Below, piece by piece: positions 49,500 to 59,984 of a stretch of DNA of 64,000 nucleotides. Numbering within the stretch: position 1 is the first letter of the stretch; each line of letters starts with the position of its first letter. Source of the stretch: an uncultured Planctomycetales bacterium (GTDB lineage Bacteria; Omnitrophota; Gorgyraeia; Zapsychrales; Fredricksoniimonadaceae); assembly GCA_964572155.1 (NCBI GenBank), contig CAZNDZ010000002.1:19089-83088 (forward strand), given 5' to 3'. The notes below the pieces were generated by a model. The model saw only the letters and a list, made by a program, of their open reading frames with translations, was not told the origin of the DNA and did not search any database. A program made the position numbers and the translations under genes.

Positions 49500-50230
49500 T
49501 TTTTATTCGCTTTCCATTTAGGATTATTGTGCAACCCACATTCTTTTTGTTCCGGCATTTCCCACCACCAGCGACCAGCACGAATGTCTTCACCTTCCTT
49601 GATCGCACGGGTACACGGCGCACAACCAATACTGACAAATCCTTGCGCATGCAATGGATTTACATCTACGCCATTTTCTTTGATATAGGCACGCACTTGA
49701 TCCAATGACCAATTGATCAATGGATTAACTTTAATTTTATTATTTGCCGCATCCCATTCAAAAACTTGAGCATCTGTACGTGTTAATGACTGAGCACTAC
49801 GTAAACCCGTAATCCACGCATCGACGCTAGAAAGCGCACGCTTTAATGGTTCGACCTTACGAATCCCACAGCAAAGTTTGCGATTTTCCACACTATCGTA
49901 AAACAAATTAATACCTTTTGTTTTAACCATGTCTTCAACCGCAGCTGTATTAGGGAAATAAACCTTAAATGACACCTGAGGGTATTTTTTCTGATTCTTA
50001 TCCCACAGATCATAACTTTGTGCAAACAATCGCCCTGTATCGAGCGTAAAAATCTCAATACCCGACGCATGTTTGGCGATCATGTCAGTGATCACTTGAT
50101 CTTCTTCGCCTAAACTGGTTGCAAAGGAAATTTTATTGCCAAACTCTGATAAAGCTAATGCCAACACCTGCTCTGGTGTTTTACCTTTAGCTTTATTCCT
50201 TAAATCTTCTACGCGTGCCTGTGTATCCAT
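49496..50230 (-). CDS. cysH: Adenylylsulfate (APS) reductase, Fe-S containing CysH type
   Basis: PAPS/APS reductase fold plus two Cys pairs (KLCCGIRK and SIGCAPCT) diagnostic of 4Fe-4S APS reductases. Confidence 0.8.
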   Translation of the reverse strand: MDTQARVEDLRNKAKGKTPEQVLALALSEFGNKISFATSLGEEDQVITDMIAKHASGIEIFTLDTGRLFAQSYDLWDKNQKKYPQVSFKVYFPNTAAVEDMVKTKGINLFYDSVENRKLCCGIRKVEPLKRALSSVDAWITGLRSAQSLTRTDAQVFEWDAANNKIKVNPLINWSLDQVRAYIKENGVDVNPLHAQGFVSIGCAPCTRAIKEGEDIRAGRWWWEMPEQKECGLHNNPKWKANKK

Positions 50231-50233
50231 AAA

Positions 50234-51274
50234 TTAAATATCGTAATCGTAATAAGTTATATTTTTAGGACGAACAAATACGTGTTGTCCTTTTAATAAT
50301 TTTAAAGCTGCGTATTCTTCCTGACTCATTTCAGCAGCAATTGATTTTCCAGCATCAGATAATAAATCAATCTTTACCATCGATCCAGCCGGATTAATAT
50401 ACCTTATAACAGCTTTTATTGCACTATCATCTTGCTTGGTTTTGCTAACATCCAACTGATGCGGACGTATATACAACTGACCTTGCTTGTTGCCTTTTTC
50501 TTCTTTTGCCCCTAAAAGCATTTTTCCATCTTCAATGCGTCCATGAAACAAATTCACATTTCCTAAAAAGTTAATAACAAATGTACTTGCTGGTTTATGA
50601 TAAACCTCTTCTGGGGTACCAACCTGCTCTATCTTACCCTTATTCATCACCACAACACGATCCGCAACCTCTAGAGCCTCTTCTTGATCATGGGTTACAA
50701 AGATAGATGTAATGTGCAATTCATCGTGAAAACGGCGTAGCCATTGGCGCAATTCTTTGCGGACTTGTGCGTCGAGAGAACCGAAGGGTTCATCTAATAA
50801 TAATACTTTTGGTTCAATGGCCAAAGCACGTGCTAATGCAATGCGTTGACGCTGACCACCGGATAATTGTGAAGGGAAACGATCTGCCACCCAATCCAAT
50901 TGAACCAAATGCAACAACTCTGTGACTTTTGCCTTAATCTTTTCTTCAGACGGACGTTGAGCTTTTGGTTTGACGCGCAACCCAAAGGCAATATTTTCAA
51001 AAACCGTCATATGACGAAATAACGCATAATGTTGAAACACAAAACCAACACCACGATCCTTGGCTGTTTTTTCCTTTGTATCTTGCCCATGAAAATGTAT
51101 GTCGCCCTTGTCAGCAAATTCCAATCCCGCAATAATACGCAACAATGTTGTTTTTCCTGAACCTGATGGACCAAGCAATGCGATTAACTCGCCTGTTTGA
51201 ACATGAAGTGAAACATTATCTAAGGCTCTAAAATCTCCAAAATTTTTAATGATATGTTTTACTTCTATGCTCAT
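50234..51274 (-). CDS. cysA: Sulfate/thiosulfate ABC transporter ATP-binding protein
   Basis: Walker [18 protein letters not shown] signature, C-terminal TOBE-like domain. Confidence 0.85.
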   Translation of the reverse strand: MSIEVKHIIKNFGDFRALDNVSLHVQTGELIALLGPSGSGKTTLLRIIAGLEFADKGDIHFHGQDTKEKTAKDRGVGFVFQHYALFRHMTVFENIAFGLRVKPKAQRPSEEKIKAKVTELLHLVQLDWVADRFPSQLSGGQRQRIALARALAIEPKVLLLDEPFGSLDAQVRKELRQWLRRFHDELHITSIFVTHDQEEALEVADRVVVMNKGKIEQVGTPEEVYHKPASTFVINFLGNVNLFHGRIEDGKMLLGAKEEKGNKQGQLYIRPHQLDVSKTKQDDSAIKAVIRYINPAGSMVKIDLLSDAGKSIAAEMSQEEYAALKLLKGQHVFVRPKNITYYDYDI

Positions 51275-52086
51275 TGGAAACGCACCTTTTCTAAGACTGT
51301 CTTAATGATCAATGTTATCAACGCTAAACATGCAAGCAAGGAAGCAACCGCAAAAGCCGCTGTAAAATTATACTCATTATACAAAATTTCAATTTGCAAA
51401 GGTAACGTATTGGTAAGCCCGCGTATATGACCTGACACAACAGACACAGCCCCAAACTCACCCATCGCACGGGCATTACATAAAATCACACCGTATAATA
51501 AACCCCATTTGATATTTGGTAATGTGACATACAAAAATGTTTTAAATCCACTCGCTCCCAACGTTATTGCCGCCTCTTCTTCCTCATTACCCAAAGATTT
51601 CATGACAGGGATTAATTCACGGGCCACCATGGGAAACGTCACAAAGATCGTCGCTAGAATAATCGCAATGGGTGTGAAAATGATTTTAATGTCATGGGCT
51701 TGCAACCAAGGCCCAAAAACACCCTGCAAACCGAACAACAATACATAAATTAGACCTGAAACAACGGGCGATACTGATAAAGGCAAATCGATCAACGTTA
51801 ATAGAAAATTTTTGCCATGAAAATCAAACTTCGCAATCGCCCATGAAGCCGCAACGCCAAACACCACATTGAGTGGTACGGCAATTGCTGCTGCCAACAT
51901 TGTTAATTTGATGGCTGCAATGGTATTTGGATCCGCCAATGATTGGAAGTAAACACCAAAACCCTTCTTAAAACCACTGACAAAAATCAAAATGAGCGGG
52001 AGCAATAAAAATAAGAATAAAAACAATAATGCCACGCTAATCAAGATAAAACGAATATAAGGTTTTTCTGTTCTTCGCACTGACAT
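51271..52086 (-). CDS. cysW: Sulfate ABC transporter permease CysW
   Basis: Six TM helices; EAA-like loop ([10 protein letters not shown]). Confidence 0.8.
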   Translation of the reverse strand: MSVRRTEKPYIRFILISVALLFLFLFLLLPLILIFVSGFKKGFGVYFQSLADPNTIAAIKLTMLAAAIAVPLNVVFGVAASWAIAKFDFHGKNFLLTLIDLPLSVSPVVSGLIYVLLFGLQGVFGPWLQAHDIKIIFTPIAIILATIFVTFPMVARELIPVMKSLGNEEEEAAITLGASGFKTFLYVTLPNIKWGLLYGVILCNARAMGEFGAVSVVSGHIRGLTNTLPLQIEILYNEYNFTAAFAVASLLACLALITLIIKTVLEKVRFQ

Positions 52087-52919
52087 TAATTCATCCCAAT
52101 CCGCTTTGAACTAATTTGCTGTAAATAATTTGTTAACGCTAACAATGAAAATGAAACCACCAGCATCACAACCGCAATGGCTGTTGCGCCTGCATAATCG
52201 TACTGCTCAAGCTTTGTGATGATCAAAAGCGGCGCAATTTCTGTTTTTCCTGGCATATTGCCCGCAATGAAAACAACTGAACCATACTCACCAATGGTTC
52301 TTGCAAAAGCCAAACTAAAGCCTGTAATCACAGACGGTAGCAAAGCTGGGAAAATTACGCGCAAGAAAATATCTTTTCGACTCGCCCCCAAACTTGCCGC
52401 TGCATCTTCTAACTCTGCATCTAACTCTTCTAAGACAGGCTGTAAGGTGCGTATGATAAACGGCAAACCAATAAACATCAAAGCTAAAGTGATGCCTAAA
52501 AAATTGTACGTTGCAGGAATCCCTAGTTTAATAAGATATTGCCCAATCCAACCGTTGGTTGAATACAATGAGGTTAATGTAATCCCCGCAACAGCCGTGG
52601 GCAAAGCAAAGGGCAAGTCAACCAAGGCATCAAAAACCTTCTTGCCTGGAAAATCATAGCGCACCAAAACCCATGCAATGATAAAACCAAAAAAAACATT
52701 AACCAAAGATGCCACAAAAGCCGCACCAAAACTTAAACGGTAGGCCGCCAATGTTCTTGGAGAAGATATAACCGCCCAAAAATCATGCCATCCCATGGTC
52801 GATGTTTTAAAAAATAACAACGACAATGGGATGAGCACAATCAGGCTTAAATAGAATACCGTATAGCCTAAGCTTAAATTAAATCCAGGTAAAATAGAAC
52901 GTGTTTTAAGTAACCGCAT
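52086..52919 (-). CDS. cysT: Sulfate ABC transporter permease CysT
   Basis: Six TM helices; [13 protein letters not shown]. Confidence 0.8.
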   Translation of the reverse strand: MRLLKTRSILPGFNLSLGYTVFYLSLIVLIPLSLLFFKTSTMGWHDFWAVISSPRTLAAYRLSFGAAFVASLVNVFFGFIIAWVLVRYDFPGKKVFDALVDLPFALPTAVAGITLTSLYSTNGWIGQYLIKLGIPATYNFLGITLALMFIGLPFIIRTLQPVLEELDAELEDAAASLGASRKDIFLRVIFPALLPSVITGFSLAFARTIGEYGSVVFIAGNMPGKTEIAPLLIITKLEQYDYAGATAIAVVMLVVSFSLLALTNYLQQISSKRIGMN

Positions 52920-52960
52920 AAGCCGATCATTTTACAAGGAAAGCGTAAAATATCAAAAGA

Positions 52961-53971
52961 TTAATTTCCGTAAATCTGATCAAAGGAACCCTTATCAGAA
53001 AAATGGACTGCTTGTGCTTTTTGCCATCCACCAAACTCTTGATCAATGGTAAACGTATTAACTGGCTTAAATTGCGCCACATACTTTTTTAAAATTGTCG
53101 CAGATCTAGGCCGATAGAAATTTCTAGCTATGATGTCTTGACCTTCGTCGGAGTACAAATAATTTAAATATTCCGCAGCAACTTTCTCATTGCCATGACG
53201 CTTGGCATTACGCTCTACCACCGCCACTGGTGGTTCCGCTAAGATAGTTACTGATGGCACAACAATTTCAAACTCTTCTTTACCTAATTCATTGACCGCC
53301 AAGTAAGCCTCATTCTCCCAAGAGATGGCCACATCACCAATCTTACGTTCCACAAAGGTGGTAGTTGCCCCTCGGGCACCTGAATCAAGGACAGGTACAT
53401 TCTTAAATAAAGCCGCGATAAATTCTTTAATCTTAGCTTCATCGCCACTAAACTTTCTTGATGCATAACCCCATGCAGCTAAATAATTCCAACGTGCACC
53501 GCCAGATGTTTTAGGATTTGGTGTAATCACAGCAACCCCAGGTTTTACCAAATCATCCCAATCTTTAATATTCTTTGGATTTCCCTTACGTACTAAGAAC
53601 ACAATTGTTGAAGTATAAGGCGTGCTATTATCCGGAAGTTTCTTTTGCCAGTCTGTTGGTAACAACCCAGACTTCGTTGCAATATTATCAATGTCATATG
53701 ACAAAGCCAATGTCACAACATCAGCATCTAATCCGTCAATAACAGAACGTCCTTGCTTACCACTGCCACCATGAGATTGATTAACACTCACAACATCCCC
53801 TGTTAAACCTTTCCAATGATCGCTAAAAGCTTTGTTATATTCTTCATATAACTCACGGGTTGGATCATACGACACATTAAGCAATGTAACAGACTTTGCC
53901 CACGCCCCAGCATTAACCCCGAAGCTAAAGACCACAGCCAGCAAGAGCGTTAATATATTTTTGACTTTCAT
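52961..53971 (-). CDS. sbp: Periplasmic sulfate/thiosulfate-binding protein
   Basis: Signal peptide; [21 protein letters not shown] matches the Sbp/CysP N-terminus. Confidence 0.8.
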   Translation of the reverse strand: MKVKNILTLLLAVVFSFGVNAGAWAKSVTLLNVSYDPTRELYEEYNKAFSDHWKGLTGDVVSVNQSHGGSGKQGRSVIDGLDADVVTLALSYDIDNIATKSGLLPTDWQKKLPDNSTPYTSTIVFLVRKGNPKNIKDWDDLVKPGVAVITPNPKTSGGARWNYLAAWGYASRKFSGDEAKIKEFIAALFKNVPVLDSGARGATTTFVERKIGDVAISWENEAYLAVNELGKEEFEIVVPSVTILAEPPVAVVERNAKRHGNEKVAAEYLNYLYSDEGQDIIARNFYRPRSATILKKYVAQFKPVNTFTIDQEFGGWQKAQAVHFSDKGSFDQIYGN

Positions 53972-54004
53972 GTTAATCCTTTCGGTATAATTTATTTTAT
54001 TATA

Positions 54005-55375
54005 TTAGTATGCTAATTGAACACGTGTTAAAAAAACATTTTCTTTTAAACGATCTTCATTATTTGCAGCCCCTCGATCAAAACGTGTTTGTTCAAAATC
54101 AAGGCTAAGACGCACGTTCTTGTGAGGATACCAATTCAAACCAAGACCCCATGCATCTTCTTTATTAATTGCGGTATTCAAATTAGCAAAACTACTATCG
54201 AAGATATTATTATCTAATTTTAACTGACCAAGACGACCCACCACTTCAAATGCGCCCCATGTTTTCTTTTCTAAATCAAACACATTTCTTGGTGTTATAC
54301 CCTTAAAAGATGCAACCTCACCTGTTAAAACATAGTTACCTGAGATTTGCCATGCTTTATTGGTAAATGTATCACGAATTGTACTACCACCAGAAACTCT
54401 AACCAACTTCTGATTGGAAATAGCATACTCACCAAGCAACCCTAAAGATCCATTGTAATAATATGCTTGTGGACTTAGGCGTGTATGTTGGCCATCTGCA
54501 GAAACTCCAGATGCATAACTAAACACACTCGCTTGACCTGGAGATCTATATGTAGGTGTTGAACTACCTTCTTTGTGTCCATAAGATCCCGCCACACCTA
54601 AACCTAAACCTTTAAGACCTTCGATACTCGTATTCTTAAAAGGATGCGCAAAGATTCTTGCAACCAAATCTTTATCGTTGTTATTATCCGCCGCATCAAC
54701 ACTTGCCAAGTCAGCGCCACCGTTTGAAACAGCAACCGCATAACTTAAGGATTCATTATATAAGTCACCAAAAACTTGGAAACCTACGTCACGATTTGGA
54801 ACTAAGTTTGAAACCAAACCGGTTTCAATAAAATTAGCAACTGCATCAGATTGCAAACGCTCCAAACCAAAAGGCGATTTAAACTTACCTGCTCGGATCT
54901 TAAACTTAGGATCAAACTTAAAATCAGCATACGCATCAACTAATAATGTATTACTTGCGCTATTGTTAGCCAAATCAGGCATTAAATAGAAATCAAAATA
55001 CTTTCCAACCGTACCTTCAAAGATAGGACGTGCACGACGGATTAAGAAGTTATCGCCCGTACCTGATAAATCTTTCTTATTATTAGTGAATGTACGTGAA
55101 TCAGCTTGGACTAAGCCACGTATCTTTAATTTAAAAGAATCATCCGGTGACTTAAAACTAAAACCATCTTTGGCACTTGCGGTAATAATCGGCGTTTCTT
55201 TTGCCTTATTTGCTGCATCTTCTTTATTAATTTCAATTTGTCTTTTAAGAATAGCCAACTCTTGTTCAAGCTGACTTAATCGCGTTTCTAAATCTGTCGT
55301 TTGTGCCCATGTTGTTTGTGAGAATACGGTCGTTAAGAGGACCGCCACAGTGACTACTTTAGATATTGTTTTCAT
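54005..55375 (-). CDS. Outer-membrane anion porin, Porin O/P family, with N-terminal coiled coil
   Basis: Signal peptide ending AQT, coiled-coil LSQLEQELAILKRQIEINKE, alternating beta-strand pattern, C-terminal aromatic (QLAY). The track start at 55381 is TTG; moved to the ATG at 55375. Confidence 0.65.
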   Translation of the reverse strand: MKTISKVVTVAVLLTTVFSQTTWAQTTDLETRLSQLEQELAILKRQIEINKEDAANKAKETPIITASAKDGFSFKSPDDSFKLKIRGLVQADSRTFTNNKKDLSGTGDNFLIRRARPIFEGTVGKYFDFYLMPDLANNSASNTLLVDAYADFKFDPKFKIRAGKFKSPFGLERLQSDAVANFIETGLVSNLVPNRDVGFQVFGDLYNESLSYAVAVSNGGADLASVDAADNNNDKDLVARIFAHPFKNTSIEGLKGLGLGVAGSYGHKEGSSTPTYRSPGQASVFSYASGVSADGQHTRLSPQAYYYNGSLGLLGEYAISNQKLVRVSGGSTIRDTFTNKAWQISGNYVLTGEVASFKGITPRNVFDLEKKTWGAFEVVGRLGQLKLDNNIFDSSFANLNTAINKEDAWGLGLNWYPHKNVRLSLDFEQTRFDRGAANNEDRLKENVFLTRVQLAY

Positions 55376-55398
55376 TACCAACCTTTCTTCCTATTTAT

Positions 55399-55415
55399 TC
55401 TATCGTTTTTATAGA
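55399..55415. promoter_or_regulatory. Inverted repeat TCTAT-N7-ATAGA in the promoter region of the porin-sbp-cys operon (candidate Rrf2 operator)
   Basis: Seen directly in sequence between the Rrf2 stop and the porin start, overlapping a weak promoter-like TTACAA...GAATAA. Confidence 0.25.
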
Positions 55416-55433
55416 CTTTGTAACTAAAAAAAT

Positions 55434-55883
55434 TTAAATGATGTAACTTCCGACTGTTGATTCATTTTGGGACTTTACTAAAAGTTCCGCCAAGCTTGTT
55501 TTATCTAATATTAACGACATTGCATCCCTAACCTCCTTCATAATCACCTTTATTTCACATTTCTCTTCAGATTTACATTCTTTACAACGTTCATATGCTG
55601 TATGACTTACGCACGACACTGGCGCTAAAGGCCCTTCTAACACTCTAATAACATCACCAACCATGATTTCATTGCTTGATCGACCAAGGGAGTAACCACC
55701 ACCCTTACCCTTCTTACTCTTTAATAAACCTTTTTTACGTAATTCTAGTAAAATTGCTTCTAAAAACTTTTGAGGGATTTTCTCTTCCCTTGCTATGTCG
55801 GTAATTAATATGTTTTCATTGGCTGTTTTCTTAGCCAAATAAATCACCGCTTTTAAACCATATTTAGTTTTTTGAGATATCAT
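55434..55883 (-). CDS. Rrf2 family transcriptional regulator (IscR/CymR-like) with C-terminal Cys cluster
   Basis: N-terminal wHTH (MISQKTKYGLKAVIYLAKK...ILITDIAREEKIP.KFLE.IL.EL.K.GLL.S..G..GGY.L); Cys residues at CVSHTAYERCKECKSEEKC. Confidence 0.8.
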   Translation of the reverse strand: MISQKTKYGLKAVIYLAKKTANENILITDIAREEKIPQKFLEAILLELRKKGLLKSKKGKGGGYSLGRSSNEIMVGDVIRVLEGPLAPVSCVSHTAYERCKECKSEEKCEIKVIMKEVRDAMSLILDKTSLAELLVKSQNESTVGSYII

Positions 55884-55916
55884 TGCTTAGTCCATTAAAT
55901 CTATAGAGAGTATATA

Positions 55917-56960
55917 CTAAATTTTTAACTTGTCAATTATTTTTTTTGTTCCTGAAGGCAACGGATACTTATCGAAATCTTTTACCCCTGCCCACACAGC
56001 CTCTTTTCCCACCTTAGGACTAGGATTAACTTCGGACTCGAAGACTGATAAACGAACCTTGTATTGCGTATAAAAATGCGTCACATCAAATAAATATTTC
56101 GATGCGGTGACCGCCACGCCCAACTCTTCCTTTATCTCTCTAATTAAAGCCTGCTCTTTGGTCTCACCTTTTTCAATCTTTCCTCCAGGAAATTCCCACA
56201 TCCCCTGAAGCAAGCCTTTTGTCGCGCGTCGTTGAATAAAATATTTATTATCTTTCTTTATAATTCCTATGACCGCATGAATGTTTTGTATATTTTTAAC
56301 CATCTTAGTAGGAATTGATTCTTGGCAATTTTCTGCGCATGCTTTACAGAAACTTCTAACAGGACAAATCAGACAAGCAGGATCTTTGGGTTTACAGATC
56401 AATGCCCCCAACTCCATCAATGCTTGATTAAAATCACCCGCATGCGTTTTTGGAAAAACTTTTGTCAGATATTCTGATATGGCTTTGTCTTGCGTTGTAT
56501 CTGCATAACCATTTAATAAAACAATGCGCATGATAACACGACGGACATTGGCATCAATGATTTGTAACGGAAGATCAAAAGCAATGCTTAACACAGAACC
56601 TGTTGCATATGGGCCAAACCCAGGCAAAGCCCTTACAAGCGCCGGATCCTTAGGCAATTGCCCATCATATTGATCAAGCACGATTTGACTTGCTTTATGC
56701 AAGTTTCGCGCTCGTGCGTAATAGCCAAGACCTTGCCAACATTTAAGCACGCGCTCAATGGGCGCCTTGGCTAGCGATTCTACCGTCGGAAAAGTTTTGA
56801 ACCAGCGATCATAATAGGAAATGACAGTACTTACCGTTGTTTGTTGCAACATCATCTCGGAGACCCAAATCTTGTAAGGGTCCTTAGTATGACGCCAAGG
56901 CAGATCACGTCGGTTTTTGTTGTACCATGTTAGCAGCGAAGCAGAAAAGTTTTTAGGCAT
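55917..56960 (-). CDS. mutY: A/G-specific adenine DNA glycosylase with C-terminal NUDIX-like domain
   Basis: LLTWYNKNRRDLPWR, HhH-GPD, 4Fe-4S Cys cluster (C.ICPVRSFC), C-terminal MutT-like domain. Confidence 0.8.
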   Translation of the reverse strand: MPKNFSASLLTWYNKNRRDLPWRHTKDPYKIWVSEMMLQQTTVSTVISYYDRWFKTFPTVESLAKAPIERVLKCWQGLGYYARARNLHKASQIVLDQYDGQLPKDPALVRALPGFGPYATGSVLSIAFDLPLQIIDANVRRVIMRIVLLNGYADTTQDKAISEYLTKVFPKTHAGDFNQALMELGALICKPKDPACLICPVRSFCKACAENCQESIPTKMVKNIQNIHAVIGIIKKDNKYFIQRRATKGLLQGMWEFPGGKIEKGETKEQALIREIKEELGVAVTASKYLFDVTHFYTQYKVRLSVFESEVNPSPKVGKEAVWAGVKDFDKYPLPSGTKKIIDKLKI

Positions 56961-57312
56961 GCGCGATCAGATCAATAAATAAATCAGCAATTTGGGGATG
57001 CTGTCCGACAGGTGAAGAAATACTAAACTTTATATGCGGATATTTTTGTTTTACTTCTGCAACAATCTGAGGAATATCATCATTGACGTGACGACCAGCA
57101 TTTAAAAAGTTAAGCAAAACGATAATATCCGTCGCCCCCTTAGCAACGCATGACTCAAGGCCCATGGCTATGTCCGGCATTTCTATTTCTAGAAACGCGT
57201 ATTCGAATATTGAAACACCTGAACGCGATTTCAAGATTTGAACCAAAGCTTCAACTTCTTGCTTGGTCTTTGCAGAACGGCTACCATGACTGATAAGTAA
57301 GACAGCTTTCAT
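56953..57312 (-). CDS. Small CbiX/SirB-type sirohydrochlorin chelatase
   Basis: 119 aa. MKAVLLISHGSRS...GATDIIVLLNFLNAGRHV matches the short CbiX pattern. Confidence 0.65.
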   Translation of the reverse strand: MKAVLLISHGSRSAKTKQEVEALVQILKSRSGVSIFEYAFLEIEMPDIAMGLESCVAKGATDIIVLLNFLNAGRHVNDDIPQIVAEVKQKYPHIKFSISSPVGQHPQIADLFIDLIAHA

Positions 57313-58184
57313 TAGATGATGGCCTGCAATGGGTGTGGCGAACGCTTAATGCTTAATGTTGCCCCAAATGAAAATGGCAAACAGACGTGAGACCCATCAA
57401 CAAAAACAACACCTTCACGCATTAATGATGTTAGTTCAACTTTTTGATTAGCTTTTAAAACATCCCCTGTCAGTCGATACCTACATCCCCACGCTCGAAA
57501 TAACTCGCGTGGACGATATTGCATTAAATTAGAGAACTGCGGTAAAACCTTACCACCGGCAGAATGAATACCACCCGACGATCCCGCCGCGGTTGACACC
57601 CACATCCCAGACGATCGTTGCTCCTCACGCACCTTACCGATTGTCATAAAATAACGGCTTAAGGCTGCGGGGCTATGGTGACACATTAGAACATCATTTA
57701 ACACATGCATTTCCTGCGTGCCATCGGAAAAGCTAACACTTAAACGATTAAATTTTTTTGGCTTAACCTTACCATCTAAGATTTGCGCCAACATCGTTTC
57801 AAAATTTTTAGGGTTGCCACTACAAAAACGACCAACACTCCAGGTAGGATCAGAATTAACACCCCAGATCAACTGCTTCTCTAAATTGCGGGCAGCCTCG
57901 AGAAATGTACCATCACCACCAAGGGTGATAACCAAATCATACTTGGCGTAATTAAATGCGGTGCCACGACAAATTTTTGTGTATTTAATTTTACGATGAT
58001 TTAAAACAGCTTCCACATAACGCAAAGCCCAAAAATGATTCTCATGCGTCTTTCTAAAACGCTTAACTTCAGAAGAATTAAACAACCCCTCTAACATCGC
58101 CAAACGCCTGCGATCACCCAAAAAGTAACTTGCATAGGTGCTATTCTTATAAAGAAGCAAAATATTTTTAAAGCGATTTGTCAT
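57312..58184 (-). CDS. nadK: NAD kinase
   Basis: GGDGTFL, NDVLM, and STAAGSSGGIHSAGG (matches TPTGSTAYSLSAGGP). Confidence 0.6.
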   Translation of the reverse strand: MTNRFKNILLLYKNSTYASYFLGDRRRLAMLEGLFNSSEVKRFRKTHENHFWALRYVEAVLNHRKIKYTKICRGTAFNYAKYDLVITLGGDGTFLEAARNLEKQLIWGVNSDPTWSVGRFCSGNPKNFETMLAQILDGKVKPKKFNRLSVSFSDGTQEMHVLNDVLMCHHSPAALSRYFMTIGKVREEQRSSGMWVSTAAGSSGGIHSAGGKVLPQFSNLMQYRPRELFRAWGCRYRLTGDVLKANQKVELTSLMREGVVFVDGSHVCLPFSFGATLSIKRSPHPLQAII

Positions 58185-58951
58185 ATGGCAAAGACTATGT
58201 TGCTGTGCATATCCTTAAATGAGTCGAAAATATGATCAGCTTGTTTTAAATATGGCTTAGGCAAAGAGGTTGCAATCGCAATACACCTTAAACCCGCCGC
58301 TTTTGCTGATCGAATACCAAATGGCGCATTCTCAACAACAACCGCATCACCTGCTTTTATATTTAATCCTTTAAGCGCTCGCAAATATGGCTCTGGATGC
58401 GGCTTACCATTTTGAACATCACAACCACACACGGTCACATCAAACAAATCAAATAATTCTTTAGGTAATAAACGCTTCGCTTCATGCCGCGACGTACCTG
58501 TAACCAAAGCCAACTTAAAATGATTTACAGATAATTGTTTTAATAAAGGCCTTGAACCAGCAATGAAACGACGCTTAAATGTTTTCTTAAAAAGCAATTC
58601 TTTGGTTATAAGCAAATTCTTGGCAAACTCAATATCGAAAGGTTTTTGATAGGTTGCAAAAATCTCTTTAAGACTTTCGATGCCCTTTTGACCTTCTCTT
58701 GAATAAATATCTTCTTTGGTAACTTTAATTCCGTGAGACAGAAATACTTTCTTCCAAACCCTAAAATGATATGGCATGGTATCCGTAATAACACCATCCA
58801 TGTCAAAAATTATTGCCTTAGAATTAATTTTTTCTCTCTGTTTTGTGTAAACTTTCGATGCCCTTAATGAGCCTTTTGTGGCGATCTTTCGATTCATTTT
58901 CTTCTCTAGCTTCTTCAATTTTCTCAATCCTTGCTTCCATAGCTTGTTCAC
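58181..58951 (-). CDS. HAD-superfamily hydrolase (beta-phosphoglucomutase-like subfamily IA)
   Basis: IIFDMDGVITDT motif I, TGTSR, K and DD motifs. The 5' end is uncertain: the track start is GTG and the ORF overlaps the upstream gene by at least 74 nt. Confidence 0.65.
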   Translation of the reverse strand: MNKLWKQGLRKLKKLEKKMNRKIATKGSLRASKVYTKQREKINSKAIIFDMDGVITDTMPYHFRVWKKVFLSHGIKVTKEDIYSREGQKGIESLKEIFATYQKPFDIEFAKNLLITKELLFKKTFKRRFIAGSRPLLKQLSVNHFKLALVTGTSRHEAKRLLPKELFDLFDVTVCGCDVQNGKPHPEPYLRALKGLNIKAGDAVVVENAPFGIRSAKAAGLRCIAIATSLPKPYLKQADHIFDSFKDMHSNIVFAI

Positions 58952-59285
58952 GTTTTTGAATCTTTTCTTTTAATAATCTTTCTTTTTTAACCTTTGCTTC
59001 TTCTTTTAATTTTGCTGCCACTCTTTTTCGATACTCTGCTTTTTGTTTTGCATCTTCAACCACATCGGCATGATATTGCTCTAGAAACTCCTTACGTTGC
59101 TCTAGCGTTGATTGATACCAATCAATATTATACGTTTTATTAAATAAATACCGTTCTTTAAAAGAAACGCGATCTAACTTAGGGCCATACTCTTCGGTTA
59201 TATCGTATGTACGTTGTTTTGCAAAGACAATCCCCGAGAAACCGACTAAAAAGACCAATACAAATATATAGACATTTTTATTCAT
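58824..59285 (-). CDS. Secreted charged coiled-coil protein (signal peptide + K/E-rich region)
   Basis: Signal peptide MNKNVYIFVLVFLVGFSGIVFA then highly charged KEK repeats. Confidence 0.4.
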   Translation of the reverse strand: MNKNVYIFVLVFLVGFSGIVFAKQRTYDITEEYGPKLDRVSFKERYLFNKTYNIDWYQSTLEQRKEFLEQYHADVVEDAKQKAEYRKRVAAKLKEEAKVKKERLLKEKIQKREQAMEARIEKIEEAREENESKDRHKRLIKGIESLHKTERKN

Positions 59286-59297
59286 ATAGAAAGTATA

Positions 59298-59984
59298 TCA
59301 TTCTTTGAAACGATATCCAATGCCACGGACAGTTTCTATATAATCCATGGCCTTGCCCATTTTTTTACGTAAACCCGTCACATGCACGTCGACAGCACGA
59401 TCTACGATAAACTTACCATCTTTCCAAACACCATCTAAAATCTGCTCACGTGAATAAACCCGGCCTGGCGCGCGAGAAAGAAATTCTAAGATATCAAATT
59501 CAATTTGTGTTAAAACAATCGGCTCCCCAAGATAAGTCACTTTATGTTTATCCAATTCAATCACCAAACCATTAAAATCTCTTTTTTGCAAAGCAGCTTC
59601 CGACTGCACCACTTGACCACGCCTTAAAAGCGCTTTAACACGCGCGACTAGAATCTTAGGACTAAACGGCTTGACCATGTAATCATCCGCCCCCAGCTGC
59701 AAACCAACCACCTGATCTGATTCTTCCGACTTGGCTGTTAACATTAGAATAGGAATTGATTTTAACGCTGCCTCAGATTTTAAATGACGGCAAATATCTA
59801 AACCATCCACACCTGGCAACATGACATCCAAAATAATCAAATTTGGCTTTATTTTAAAAACATATTCAACCGCTTCATCCCCTTTAAACAAAGAAGAAAC
59901 CTCATAACCTTCCTTCTTTAAATGAAAGACTAAAAGATCATTAATATCCTGATCATCTTCGACAATTAATATTCTTTTACTCAT
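59298..59984 (-). CDS. OmpR/PhoB-family response regulator
   Basis: REC (ILIVEDDQD...ILDVMLPGVDG...K) + winged-helix (VLTQIEFDILEFL...IETVRGIGYRF). Start moved to MSKRIL. Confidence 0.85.
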   Translation of the reverse strand: MSKRILIVEDDQDINDLLVFHLKKEGYEVSSLFKGDEAVEYVFKIKPNLIILDVMLPGVDGLDICRHLKSEAALKSIPILMLTAKSEESDQVVGLQLGADDYMVKPFSPKILVARVKALLRRGQVVQSEAALQKRDFNGLVIELDKHKVTYLGEPIVLTQIEFDILEFLSRAPGRVYSREQILDGVWKDGKFIVDRAVDVHVTGLRKKMGKAMDYIETVRGIGYRFKE

